From the NCBI GenBank assembly GCA_020635515.1, contig JACJZS010000002.1, forward strand, positions 1,162,273 through 1,226,272: a stretch of DNA of 64,000 bases, read 5' to 3'. Of this stretch, positions 38,317 through 48,036 are shown piece after piece (within the stretch, counting starts at the first letter, position 1; every line of letters starts with the position of its first letter). The notes under the pieces were generated by a model that worked only from the letters and a program-made list of their open reading frames with translations, was not told the origin of the DNA and did not search any database. The position numbers and the translations under genes are program-made. This stretch comes from Flavobacteriales bacterium. GTDB taxonomy: Bacteria > Bacteroidota > Bacteroidia > Flavobacteriales > Weeksellaceae.

Positions 38317-39765
38317 ATGCAAGAAGGCGAAAAAATAATTGTGGAGTCTATACAAGGTACGACTACTCAAATTGTAGAAGATAAAAAGAATACAAAAAAA
38401 GTATTTTTAGAAAGTTACGGATGCCAAATGAACTTTTCTGATAGCGAAATTGTAGCTTCTATTTTGCAAAAACAAGGATACAATACAACATCTGATTTAA
38501 AAGATGCAGACTTAATTTTACTTAATACGTGTTCCATTAGAGATAAAGCAGAACAAACCGTTAGAAAAAGGCTATCTGAATTTAATTCGCTTAAAAAAAA
38601 CGAAAAAAAACCTACCATTGGAGTTTTAGGTTGTATGGCAGAGCGACTAAAAGCTAAATTTTTAGAAGAAGAAAAATTAGTTGACTTAGTTGTTGGTCCT
38701 GATGCGTATAAAGATTTGCCAAACCTTTTACAGGAAACAGATGACGGTAGAAATGCAATTAACGTTATTCTTTCTAAAGATGAAACCTACGGAGATATTC
38801 AACCTGTTCGTCTAGGAGGAAATGGTGTAACGGCATTTGTTACCATTACGCGTGGTTGCGATAATATGTGTACATTTTGTGTAGTTCCGTTTACTCGTGG
38901 TAGAGAACGTTCTCGTGACCCGCATTCTATACTAAATGAATGTGTAGATTTATATGAAAAAGGATACAAAGAAATAACACTTCTCGGACAAAATGTTGAC
39001 TCTTATCTTTGGTTTGGAGGTGGACCCAAAAAAGATTTTGAGAAAGCATCTGATATTCAAAAGGAAACTGCAATAAACTTTGCTCAACTGCTAGAAATGA
39101 TTGCTAAAAAACTTCCTGAAACGCGTATTCGTTTTTCTACTTCCAACCCTCAAGATATGAGTTTAGAGGTGTTTGAAGCAATCAAAAAATACAATAATAT
39201 TTGTAAATATGTTCATTTACCTGTACAAAGTGGAAGTACATCTGTTTTAAAAAGAATGAATAGACAACATACACGAGAAGAATATATAGATTTAATCAAA
39301 AAAGCTAAAGAAATCGTTCCTGATATTGCCTTCTCTCACGATATGATTGCAGGTTTTTGTGGAGAAACAGAAGAAGAACACAAAGATACATTGTCTTTAA
39401 TGGAAGAAATTAAATACGACTTTGGTTATATGTTTGCGTACTCTGATCGTCCAGGCACTCCTGCTCACAAAAAAATGGAAGATGATGTTCCTCATGAAAT
39501 CAAAAAGCGACGGTTAAGTGAAATCATTGAATTGCAAAGTCAACATTCTTTGTTTAGAATGAAATCTTATGTTGGGAAAACATACGAAGTACTGATTGAA
39601 GGAGATTCCAAAAAGGATAAAAACCAATGGAAAGGAAGAATTTCTCAGAATGCTATGGTAGTATTCAACAAAACAGAAAACGAAAACATAGGAGATTTTG
39701 TTCAAGTGAAAATCAATGATTGTACTTCTGCAACTTTGATAGGAGAAGTGATTAATACTATTTGA
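38317..39765 (+). CDS. miaB: tRNA-2-methylthio-N6-dimethylallyladenosine synthase
   Basis: MTTase N-terminal (YGCQMNFSDSE), a radical-SAM CxxxCxxC (CDNMCTFCVVP) and a C-terminal TRAM domain. 482 aa. Confidence 0.9.
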   Translation: MQEGEKIIVESIQGTTTQIVEDKKNTKKVFLESYGCQMNFSDSEIVASILQKQGYNTTSDLKDADLILLNTCSIRDKAEQTVRKRLSEFNSLKKNEKKPTIGVLGCMAERLKAKFLEEEKLVDLVVGPDAYKDLPNLLQETDDGRNAINVILSKDETYGDIQPVRLGGNGVTAFVTITRGCDNMCTFCVVPFTRGRERSRDPHSILNECVDLYEKGYKEITLLGQNVDSYLWFGGGPKKDFEKASDIQKETAINFAQLLEMIAKKLPETRIRFSTSNPQDMSLEVFEAIKKYNNICKYVHLPVQSGSTSVLKRMNRQHTREEYIDLIKKAKEIVPDIAFSHDMIAGFCGETEEEHKDTLSLMEEIKYDFGYMFAYSDRPGTPAHKKMEDDVPHEIKKRRLSEIIELQSQHSLFRMKSYVGKTYEVLIEGDSKKDKNQWKGRISQNAMVVFNKTENENIGDFVQVKINDCTSATLIGEVINTI

Positions 39766-39769
39766 ATTT

Positions 39770-40774
39770 ATGGAAATAAAAGAGTATAATACACTTTTTG
39801 TAGATATAAAGCAAAAAATACAGAACGCTCAAATAAAGGCTATTGTTGCTGTAAATACCGAATTAATTATACTTTATTGGAATATAGGAAATAGTATTTT
39901 AAAACAACAACAAAGCCTAGGATGGTCAGCTAGCGTTATTCCTCTTTTATCAAAAGATTTAAAAAAATCATTCCCTAAAATTAAAGGGTATTCGGAAAGG
40001 AATTTAAGTTATATGCTTCGTTTTGCTAAGGAATATAATGATGAGGTATTTTTGCAACAGACTGTTGCAAAAATACCTTGGGGGCATAATATTTTACTTA
40101 TTGAAAAATTAAAAAATATTAAAATACGAAAATGGTATATTCAAAAATGCATAGAAAACAACTGGAGTAGAGATGTATTAGATTTTCAAATTAAATCTAA
40201 CTTATATAAAAGGGAAGGAAGTTCAATTAATAATTTTAAGAATACTTTGCCTAAACCTTTTTCTGATTTAGCAAACCAAACATTAAAAGATCCTTATATT
40301 TTTGATTTTCTTTCATTAGATGAAAAAATTAGAGAAAAAGATATAGAACGACAATTAATTGAACATATCAGTAAATTTTTATTAGAACTTGGTAAAGGGT
40401 TTGCTTATATAGGAAATCAATATCATTTAAAAATAGCAGAAAATGATTATTATTTAGATTTACTTTTTTATCATACTAAATTAAAATGTTATGTCGTAAT
40501 TGAATTAAAAAACACAAAATTTATTCCAGAGTTTGCGGGGAAATTAAACTTTTATTTATCTGCTGTTGATACCCTGATAAAAGATGAATCTGATAATCCT
40601 ACTATTGGTATTCTGTTATGTAAAGATAAAAATAATATAGAGGCTGAATTTGCCTTAAGAGATTTAAATAAACCAATGGGTATAAGTGAATTGAAATTAA
40701 TAGAAAACTTACCTGAAGACCTTAAAAGTAGCTTGCCTACTATTGATGAAATTGAAAAAGAATTCAAGAAATAA
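39770..40774 (+). CDS. PDDEXK-nuclease domain protein, DUF1016 / YhcG family
   Basis: The N-terminal YhcG-like region, the WSRDVL motif and a C-terminal restriction-endonuclease-like core (D...ELK). This family is frequently found in accessory contexts. Confidence 0.8.
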   Translation: MEIKEYNTLFVDIKQKIQNAQIKAIVAVNTELIILYWNIGNSILKQQQSLGWSASVIPLLSKDLKKSFPKIKGYSERNLSYMLRFAKEYNDEVFLQQTVAKIPWGHNILLIEKLKNIKIRKWYIQKCIENNWSRDVLDFQIKSNLYKREGSSINNFKNTLPKPFSDLANQTLKDPYIFDFLSLDEKIREKDIERQLIEHISKFLLELGKGFAYIGNQYHLKIAENDYYLDLLFYHTKLKCYVVIELKNTKFIPEFAGKLNFYLSAVDTLIKDESDNPTIGILLCKDKNNIEAEFALRDLNKPMGISELKLIENLPEDLKSSLPTIDEIEKEFKK

Positions 40775-40783
40775 ATTCAACTG

Positions 40784-41344
40784 ATGAAGAAAATGGATTT
40801 CAAAACATTAAACTTACAATATCCAATAGGAACTTTTGAAGAATCAGATTATTATGGCAATCAGAAAATTTTTGAAATGATATCCGAAATAGAAAAATTC
40901 CCATTAAAGCTAAAAGAAATAGTATCTTCTTTAAGTGAAGAAGAGTTAAATATTCCTTATAGAGAAAAAGGTTGGAATTCTAAACAAGTGGTTCATCATT
41001 TAGCTGATAGTCATTTAAATGCTTATTTAAGATTTAAACTAGCGTTAACAGAAAATAATCCTACTATAAGACCTTATTTAGAAGATAAATTTGGAGAATT
41101 AGAAGAATACAATACAACTCCAATTAAGTTATCATTAGAATTCATTGATGTATTACATCAAAAGTGGATTATTTTACTCAATACATTGTCGGAAAATGAT
41201 TTAGAAAAGACGTATTTTCATCCAGAGTTAAATGAAAATGTATCATTAAAAACTGCTGTTAAAATGTATGCTTGGCATTCGGAACATCATTTTCAGCATA
41301 TAGTTTTAGTTAAAAATGAAAAACAATCCTTTTCTAAATTCTAA
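40784..41344 (+). CDS. DinB/YfiT-family putative metal-dependent hydrolase
   Basis: 186 aa. Carries a His triad typical of the DinB_2/YfiT four-helix bundle (HHLADSH..., WHSEHHFQH). Confidence 0.75.
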   Translation: MKKMDFKTLNLQYPIGTFEESDYYGNQKIFEMISEIEKFPLKLKEIVSSLSEEELNIPYREKGWNSKQVVHHLADSHLNAYLRFKLALTENNPTIRPYLEDKFGELEEYNTTPIKLSLEFIDVLHQKWIILLNTLSENDLEKTYFHPELNENVSLKTAVKMYAWHSEHHFQHIVLVKNEKQSFSKF

Positions 41345-41382
41345 TTACTAACCACCAAAACCTAACCACTCAAACTTAAACA

Positions 41383-42639
41383 ATGATAAACCTACAAACC
41401 ATAAAACAACGTTTTGAAATCATAGGGAACGACCCTCAACTTAATCGTGCACTAGAAAAAGCAGTACAAGTTGCTCCTACAGAAATATCGGTACTTGTAG
41501 TGGGAGAAAGTGGTGTAGGTAAAGAATTTATACCTAAAATCATTCATCAGAATTCTGCACGAAAACATGAAAAATACATTGCTGTAAATTGCGGAGCAAT
41601 TCCAGAAGGAACCATAGATTCAGAACTTTTTGGTCACGAAAAAGGTGCGTTTACCGGAGCTGATAAAACGCGAAAAGGTTATTTTGAAGTTGCAGATAAC
41701 GGAACCATTTTTCTAGATGAAATAGGAGAACTACCAATGTCTTCTCAAGTACGTCTTTTACGTGTGCTAGAAAATGGAGAATTTATAAAAGTTGGTTCAT
41801 CAAACGTTCAAAAAACAAATGTAAGAATTATTGCAGCGACCAATGTTAATATGATGTCTGCCGTTGAAAATGGAAAATTTAGAGAAGATTTGTATTACCG
41901 CCTGAATACCGTACAGATTGATATGCCTGCATTACGAAACAGAAAAGAAGATATTCATTTGCTTTTCAGGAAGTTTTCAGGAGATTTTGCTGAAAAATAT
42001 GGGATTCCTAACGTAAAATTAACTTCTGATGCAGTACATTACATCGCTAATTATTATTGGCCAGGAAACATTCGTCAGCTAAAAAACTTTGCCGAACAAA
42101 TAACAGTTCTCGAAAAAGAACGTGAAATTTCCCTTCAAAAAGTACAGGAATACTTACCAAACAATACTTCATTAATCCTCTCAAAAGAAGGTAAGAGAAA
42201 TGCAGAAACCGATTTTTCTAATGAACGAGAAATACTTTACAAAATCCTTTTTGATATGAGAAAAGATTTAAACGATTTAAAATCTCTTACGTTGGAACTC
42301 ATCAATAATCCGAATGAAAATCTATCTTCTACTCAGCAGGATTTAGTAGATAAAGTGTTTAATTCTCGTAAAGAGGAAAGTACACCTTTACTCTTGGTTG
42401 AAAATAAATCCGATAATTATACTAAATTTGAAGACGAAAACGATAATCAATTTGAAGAACTGGAATACGAAGAATTACAAATGCCACAAGATGAATCGTT
42501 ATCTATAGTAGACAAAGAAATAGAGCTTATAAGAAAAGCCCTCGATAAATACAAAGGAAAAAGGAAATCAGCTGCTAAAGAATTAGGAATCTCAGAAAGA
42601 ACATTATACAGGAAAATTAAACAATATGACTTGGAATAA
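41383..42639 (+). CDS. Sigma-54-dependent transcriptional activator (bEBP) lacking an N-terminal receiver/sensor domain
   Basis: It starts directly in the AAA+ sigma-54 interaction domain (GESGVGKE Walker A, GAFTGA loop, DEIGEL Walker B, R-finger) and ends in a Fis-type HTH (ELGISERTLYRKIK). An acidic linker separates the two. Confidence 0.85.
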   Translation: MINLQTIKQRFEIIGNDPQLNRALEKAVQVAPTEISVLVVGESGVGKEFIPKIIHQNSARKHEKYIAVNCGAIPEGTIDSELFGHEKGAFTGADKTRKGYFEVADNGTIFLDEIGELPMSSQVRLLRVLENGEFIKVGSSNVQKTNVRIIAATNVNMMSAVENGKFREDLYYRLNTVQIDMPALRNRKEDIHLLFRKFSGDFAEKYGIPNVKLTSDAVHYIANYYWPGNIRQLKNFAEQITVLEKEREISLQKVQEYLPNNTSLILSKEGKRNAETDFSNEREILYKILFDMRKDLNDLKSLTLELINNPNENLSSTQQDLVDKVFNSRKEESTPLLLVENKSDNYTKFEDENDNQFEELEYEELQMPQDESLSIVDKEIELIRKALDKYKGKRKSAAKELGISERTLYRKIKQYDLE

Positions 42640-43159
42640 ATATAATAAAATCTCGTTCGTACTTTGTGCTTTGTGTTTTGTGCTTTGTACTATGAATTCT
42701 TGTTACTCATTTTCAGGTGCATCTATTCATCCTGATGCTAAAACTATTGCAATTCCTACTTTTTCTAATCAATCTGCATACTTCGATCCTAATATCAGTC
42801 AAGAATTTACACTTGCTCTTCAAGATATATTTATACAAAGAACTCAACTAAATCTTACAGAAGAACAAGCAGACATGACCATTTCTGGAAACATAACTTC
42901 TTATACAATTTCTTCTGTAAATGTGCAAGCAGGAACTTCCGATACCGCTGATTCTTCCGCCCAAAACAGACTTACAATGACTGTTCAAGTAAATTATGAA
43001 AGCAAATACGAACCCGAAAAAAACTTTCAGAAAACCTATTCCGATTATGCTGATTTTGAGGGAAATAAAACACTAAATCAAGCAATAGGCGAATTGGTTC
43101 CACTATTAAATAAACGTCTAATCAATCAAATTTTTAATGATATAGCTGTCGACTGGTAA
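42626..43159 (+). CDS. lptE: LptE-like LPS-assembly lipoprotein (Bacteroidetes type)
   Basis: Lipoprotein signal with Cys (FVLCTMNSC) and a beta-rich ~150-aa domain. The conserved position downstream of the sigma-54 activator is inferred from Flavobacteriia synteny. The ORF overlaps the upstream gene by 14 bp. Confidence 0.45.
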   Translation: MTWNKYNKISFVLCALCFVLCTMNSCYSFSGASIHPDAKTIAIPTFSNQSAYFDPNISQEFTLALQDIFIQRTQLNLTEEQADMTISGNITSYTISSVNVQAGTSDTADSSAQNRLTMTVQVNYESKYEPEKNFQKTYSDYADFEGNKTLNQAIGELVPLLNKRLINQIFNDIAVDW

Positions 43160-43161
43160 TT

Positions 43162-44115
43162 ATGAACACAGAACGAATTTTAACTTTATTAGAAAATCCA
43201 CTAGAAATACAACCTTCAGATGCAAAAATCCTGAAAGAAACTTCAGAACAATATCCGTATGCTCAATTCATTCATGCTTTGCATTTAAAAAGTATTTATA
43301 ATGAAGAAAATATCTTTGAGCAAGAGTTAAAAAAAACAGCGAGTATTACATTAAATAGATTTCAGCTGAATGATTTCTTACAATTTGGAAAACCAATAAC
43401 TCAAGAAACAGTTTCTATTTCTGAAAATATTCAACCCGATGAATTACCTCAAAAATTAGAAAATAATAAAGAAAAAGAAGAACAGACAAATGCTTTAGAA
43501 GAAATAAAGCAAGATGTTGCTGAACAAGATGCCTTTATAGAAGATCCCAAAGAGCAAGAAAAATTAAAAAATGCTAACTTAGAAGATTATTTGGGAATAT
43601 TAGGTCTTACGCATCTTTCAGAGAAGTTAAATCATGAAGAAAATTCAAAACTTCAGACGGAAATTAAACCAGAAATTACATTTGATTTAGATACCAGCAT
43701 AGAAGAAATTAGCATTGAGAAACCCAAAAAACAAGAGGAAAATAATAAAATATCCATTAAGAAAAATAAGCTAAGGTTTGAAGATTGGGTTTCATTAAAT
43801 ACCAAAATAAACTCACTAAATACTAAAAATATCCAATCTAAAATCATTGATGATTTTATAGATAAAAATCCAAGAATATCTCCTCTTCAAAATAAAAATA
43901 CAACTTCAAAAGAAATCTCAAATACTTCTGACTCTAAAAACAACAATCCTTTTGAACATACTGTTACAGAAACGTTAGCAAAATTGTATGTAGAACAAGC
44001 AAAGTACGATAAAGCAATTCAAGCATATAAAATTTTAAGTTTGAATAATCCAAAAAAAAGTAGTTACTTTGCAAATCTTCTAGAAGAAGTAGAAAAACTA
44101 AAAAATACAAAATAG
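43162..44115 (+). CDS. Hypothetical protein with a low-complexity middle and a TPR-like C-terminal helix pair
   Basis: 317 aa with no catalytic motifs. The C-terminus LAKLYVEQAKYDKAIQAYKILSLNNP is TPR-like. Confidence 0.4.
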   Translation: MNTERILTLLENPLEIQPSDAKILKETSEQYPYAQFIHALHLKSIYNEENIFEQELKKTASITLNRFQLNDFLQFGKPITQETVSISENIQPDELPQKLENNKEKEEQTNALEEIKQDVAEQDAFIEDPKEQEKLKNANLEDYLGILGLTHLSEKLNHEENSKLQTEIKPEITFDLDTSIEEISIEKPKKQEENNKISIKKNKLRFEDWVSLNTKINSLNTKNIQSKIIDDFIDKNPRISPLQNKNTTSKEISNTSDSKNNNPFEHTVTETLAKLYVEQAKYDKAIQAYKILSLNNPKKSSYFANLLEEVEKLKNTK

Positions 44116-44117
44116 TT

Positions 44118-44459
44118 ATGAGTAGTGCTTTTATTCTTTTAATGATATGCGTAGTGGTGTTATGCATCATTTTGATTTTTTTAATCCTTTCTCAAAACCC
44201 AAAAGGTGGAGGATTATCGAGTACTTTCGGTGGTAGCGGAACACAGATGTTTGGTGTTAAAAATACCAACGATTTTATGGATAAAGCAACGTGGACAGTA
44301 GCTTCTGCTATAGCTATTATTATAATTCTTTCGGGAATAATGATTGCAAATCCTACTTCTGTTGTTGAGGACGAAGAAGCAGATATACAAACAGAACAAA
44401 CAGACACAAATGGAAATATGCAAAACGAATTACCTAAAGCAGAAGTTCCAACAGAATAA
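44118..44459 (+). CDS. secG: Preprotein translocase subunit SecG
   Basis: Two TM helices flanking the conserved loop LSQNPKGGGLSSTFGGSGTQMFG. 113 aa. Confidence 0.85.
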   Translation: MSSAFILLMICVVVLCIILIFLILSQNPKGGGLSSTFGGSGTQMFGVKNTNDFMDKATWTVASAIAIIIILSGIMIANPTSVVEDEEADIQTEQTDTNGNMQNELPKAEVPTE

Positions 44460-44484
44460 AGCATATAGATAATATCTTAAAAAA

Positions 44485-44516
44485 AGTCTGTATGATTCAA
44501 AATACAGACTTTTTTT
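44485..44516 (+). terminator. Rho-independent terminator after secG
   Basis: Stem agtctgtat / atacagact, loop gattcaaa, followed by TTTTTT. Confidence 0.75.
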
Positions 44517-44561
44517 ATATACTTTGAGTATGTATCTTTGTTAGATAAAAGTTAATTAAAC

Positions 44562-44978
44562 ATGAAAATACGTGTAGAAAGACAAGACGGTTTATTTCAT
44601 TTTGTAGGAAAAGATAATAATGGAACCGAAATTCACATGGATGCAGCAGAGAAAATTGGTGGAACCGATAAAGGTGTCCGTCCTATGCAAATGCTTTTGT
44701 ACGGAATTGCAGGTTGTAGTGGAATTGATGTAGTTTCAATTCTAAATAAACAAAAACAAACCTTAGATGATATAGCTATTGACATCGAAGCGGAAAGAGA
44801 AGAAGGTAAAATCCCTTCATTATTTACAAAAATAAACGTTCATTATACATTAAAAGGGAATTTAGATGAAAATAAAGTAAAAAGAGCTTTGGAGCTTACT
44901 TTTACAAAATATTGTTCGGTTTCTAAAATCATTGAAAAAACAGCAGAAATCACTTATTCTTATTCCATAGAAAACTAA
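44562..44978 (+). CDS. OsmC/Ohr family peroxiredoxin-like protein
   Basis: 138 aa with the OsmC pattern and two conserved Cys (GIAGCSG and YCSVS). Confidence 0.8.
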   Translation: MKIRVERQDGLFHFVGKDNNGTEIHMDAAEKIGGTDKGVRPMQMLLYGIAGCSGIDVVSILNKQKQTLDDIAIDIEAEREEGKIPSLFTKINVHYTLKGNLDENKVKRALELTFTKYCSVSKIIEKTAEITYSYSIEN

Positions 44979-44985
44979 TATACTT

Positions 44986-46146
44986 ATGCACAACGAAACC
45001 AAACTGATACGCACACAAATAGAGAGAAGTCAATACAACGAACATTCGAATCCTATTTTTATGACTTCGAGCTATGTTTTTGATTCTGCTGAAGATATGG
45101 CATCAAAATTTTCTGGAGAAATACCAGCAAATATTTACTCTAGGTATTCTAATCCTAATGTTGCGGAGCTTATTCAAAAAGTTGCTCAATTAGAGGAAAC
45201 AGAATCGGGTTGGGCAACAGCAACAGGAATGTCTGCTATTTATACTACTTTTATGGCGTTGCTTTCTTCGGGAGATCATATTGTTTCTTCACGTTCAGTA
45301 TTTGGTTCTACACATCAATTATTTACCAAAATATTCCCTAAGTTTAATATCACTACTTCGTATGCGGAAATTTTAGATATAGATAGTTGGGAAAAAGAAA
45401 TAACTGAAAATACCAAAATCTTATACTTAGAAACTCCATCTAATCCAGGAATAGATTTAGCTGATTTAGAAAAAATAAGCATTCTTGCCAAAAAGTATAA
45501 TTTATTAGTCGCTGTAGACAATTGCTTTTCTACACCTTATTTACAAATTCCTAAAAGGTTTGGTGCAGATATTATCATACACTCTGCAACTAAACACATA
45601 GACGGACAAGGAAGAACTCTCGGCGGATTAATTCTTTCATCAAATGAAATAATTGCGAAAGTAGAAGAATATGCCCGTCATTCAGGTCCTGCGATATCTC
45701 CTTTTAATGCTTGGATTTTATCTAAAAGTCTTGAAACCTTGCATGTAAGAATAGAAAAGCATTCAGAAAACGCATTGAAACTTGCTCAAAAGTTAGAGCA
45801 AAACCCAAATGTAGAACTGGTAAAATATCCTTTTTTAGAAAGTTTTCCACAGTATGAATTAGCAAAAAAACAGATGAAAGCAGGAGGAGGAATCGTTACT
45901 TTTTATATAAAAGGCGGATTAGAAGAAGGAAAAAAATTCATTAATTCCATAAAAATGTGTTCTGTTTCTGCAAATTTAGGAGATACCAGAACCATAGTTA
46001 CACATCCTGCAAGTACCACACACGCAAAACTAACTCCCGAAGAGAGAAATTCTGTTGGAATAACAGATAATTTAATTCGTGTAAGTGTTGGTTTGGAACA
46101 CGAAGAGGATATTATCAATGATATAGAAAATGCATTGTTAAAATAA
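44986..46146 (+). CDS. PLP-dependent trans-sulfuration family enzyme (O-succinyl/acetylhomoserine sulfhydrylase or cystathionine gamma-synthase-like)
   Basis: Cys/Met-metabolism PLP-enzyme fold with the Schiff-base Lys context SATKHIDGQG. 386 aa. Confidence 0.8.
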   Translation: MHNETKLIRTQIERSQYNEHSNPIFMTSSYVFDSAEDMASKFSGEIPANIYSRYSNPNVAELIQKVAQLEETESGWATATGMSAIYTTFMALLSSGDHIVSSRSVFGSTHQLFTKIFPKFNITTSYAEILDIDSWEKEITENTKILYLETPSNPGIDLADLEKISILAKKYNLLVAVDNCFSTPYLQIPKRFGADIIIHSATKHIDGQGRTLGGLILSSNEIIAKVEEYARHSGPAISPFNAWILSKSLETLHVRIEKHSENALKLAQKLEQNPNVELVKYPFLESFPQYELAKKQMKAGGGIVTFYIKGGLEEGKKFINSIKMCSVSANLGDTRTIVTHPASTTHAKLTPEERNSVGITDNLIRVSVGLEHEEDIINDIENALLK

Positions 46147-46228
46147 TTACAATCTTTTCATTTTCTTTAACTTAAAATCTCTAACATGATAAATTTCAGT
46201 ATAGAGATAGTTTTTATTTCTCTTATTT

Positions 46229-46477
46229 TTGCTTCTAATGATTGTCAAAGAATTAGTAACAAGAGTAGCTTATTTTTACTTTAGTTTGTACAGAAATGGT
46301 TTCCGTTCTATGTCCAAACAAAGTAAGACCTTATGGATTATTGCTGTAATTAAGCTGGTTATTATGTTTGGCATTTTAAAAGTTTTTTTCTTTGGTAATT
46401 ATCTTGATAGTAAATACGATACGGAAAAAGAAAAAATAGAACATATTCATAAAGAATTAACTGAAATAAAAAAATAA
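46229..46477 (+). CDS. Small membrane protein upstream of cydA (DUF4492-like)
   Basis: 82 aa with two TM helices. It sits 11 bp upstream of cydA, a conserved position in Bacteroidetes. Confidence 0.45.
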   Translation: MLLMIVKELVTRVAYFYFSLYRNGFRSMSKQSKTLWIIAVIKLVIMFGILKVFFFGNYLDSKYDTEKEKIEHIHKELTEIKK

Positions 46478-46488
46478 AAGCTACTTAT

Positions 46489-48024
46489 ATGGAAACAGTA
46501 GATTGGAGTTTAGTTGACTGGTCTAGAGCTCAGTTTGCACTTACAGCTATGTATCATTGGTTGTTTGTTCCTCTTACTCTAGGAATTACTTTCATTATTG
46601 CTATTATGGAAAGTATTTATGTGAAAACAGGTGATGAGAAGTGGAAAGAAATCACTAAATTTTGGATGAAACTTTTTGGAATCAATTTCGCAATAGGAGT
46701 AGCAACGGGAATCATTCTAGAGTTTGAGTTTGGAACCAATTGGTCTAATTATTCTTGGTTTGTAGGAGATATTTTTGGAGCTCCACTTGCAATAGAAGGA
46801 ATCATGGCTTTTTTTATGGAAAGTACTTTTATTGCTATTATGTTTTTCGGTTGGGAAAAAGTAAGTAAAAAATTTCATTTGGTATCCACTTGGTTGGTTG
46901 CGTTTGGTTCAAACCTATCTGCTCTTTGGATTTTAATTGCCAACGGTTGGATGCAAAATCCTGTAGGTATGGAATTTAATCCTGATACAATGCGTAATGA
47001 GATGATTGATTTTTGGGAGGTTTTATTTAATCCTGTAGCTGTTAATAAATTTTTGCATACCATTATATCTTCTTATGTAGTAGCTGCCGTATTTGTTGCG
47101 GGGATAAGTGCTTGGTTTTTACTGAAAAATAGAGAAATAGTATTAGCAAAAAGAAGTTTAGTTGTTGCTGTTGTTTTTGGACTTACTTCGAGTATAATGA
47201 CATTATGGACAGGAGATGAATCTGCTAGAACAGTTGCTAAATACCAACCTATGAAACTAGCAGCGATGGAAGGTTTATACAAAGGAGATAGACAAGCACC
47301 ACTAATCGCATTAGGTATTTTTGGAGATCCTGAAGATACGTTTCATAAGAAAGAGCAGTTGGTGGTTGAGGTAAAAATACCCAAACTGCTTTCTTATTTA
47401 GCTTTTTTAAATGGAGATGCATTTGTTCCTGGTATTGAAGATTTAATTCATGGTAATGAAAAAGAAAACATAGTGTCTTATGAAGAGCGAATTAGAAAAG
47501 GGAAAATAGCTATTGATGCTTTGGCTTTATACAAAAAGAAAAAAGAATTAGGAAATGAAATAGAAGCACAACAGCAATTGGACTTATTTCAGCAAAATTT
47601 CGAATATTTTGGCTACGGTTATTATTTTGGGAAAGATCCTCATTTATTGATTCCGAATGTAAAAATGTCTTTCTATTCTTTTCATATAATGGTACTACTT
47701 GGTATGCATTTTTTGGTTCTTTTTATTCTCCTTTTATATTTTATTTGGAAAGGAACATTGCAAACTAAAAAAACATTATTACGAGTTACTTTATTTACGA
47801 TTCCTTTGGCATACTTGGCTTCTCAATCAGGTTGGGTTGTAGCAGAAGTAGGACGTCAACCATGGACAATTCAAGATTTGATGCCAAATATAGCAGCTGT
47901 TTCTCAGATAGATGCTTACAGTGTGCAAATCACTTTCTTTTTATTCCTTATTATATTTACGTGCTTACTGATTGCGGAAATAAAAATTATGCTTTCTGCA
48001 ATTAAAAGCGGAACTAAACATTAA
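46489..48024 (+). CDS. cydA: Cytochrome bd ubiquinol oxidase subunit I
   Basis: 511 aa with the conserved CydA N-terminus (WSRAQFALTAMYHWLFVPLTLG) and a Q-loop. Confidence 0.9.
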   Translation: METVDWSLVDWSRAQFALTAMYHWLFVPLTLGITFIIAIMESIYVKTGDEKWKEITKFWMKLFGINFAIGVATGIILEFEFGTNWSNYSWFVGDIFGAPLAIEGIMAFFMESTFIAIMFFGWEKVSKKFHLVSTWLVAFGSNLSALWILIANGWMQNPVGMEFNPDTMRNEMIDFWEVLFNPVAVNKFLHTIISSYVVAAVFVAGISAWFLLKNREIVLAKRSLVVAVVFGLTSSIMTLWTGDESARTVAKYQPMKLAAMEGLYKGDRQAPLIALGIFGDPEDTFHKKEQLVVEVKIPKLLSYLAFLNGDAFVPGIEDLIHGNEKENIVSYEERIRKGKIAIDALALYKKKKELGNEIEAQQQLDLFQQNFEYFGYGYYFGKDPHLLIPNVKMSFYSFHIMVLLGMHFLVLFILLLYFIWKGTLQTKKTLLRVTLFTIPLAYLASQSGWVVAEVGRQPWTIQDLMPNIAAVSQIDAYSVQITFFLFLIIFTCLLIAEIKIMLSAIKSGTKH

Positions 48025-48036
48025 AAACTCATAACT

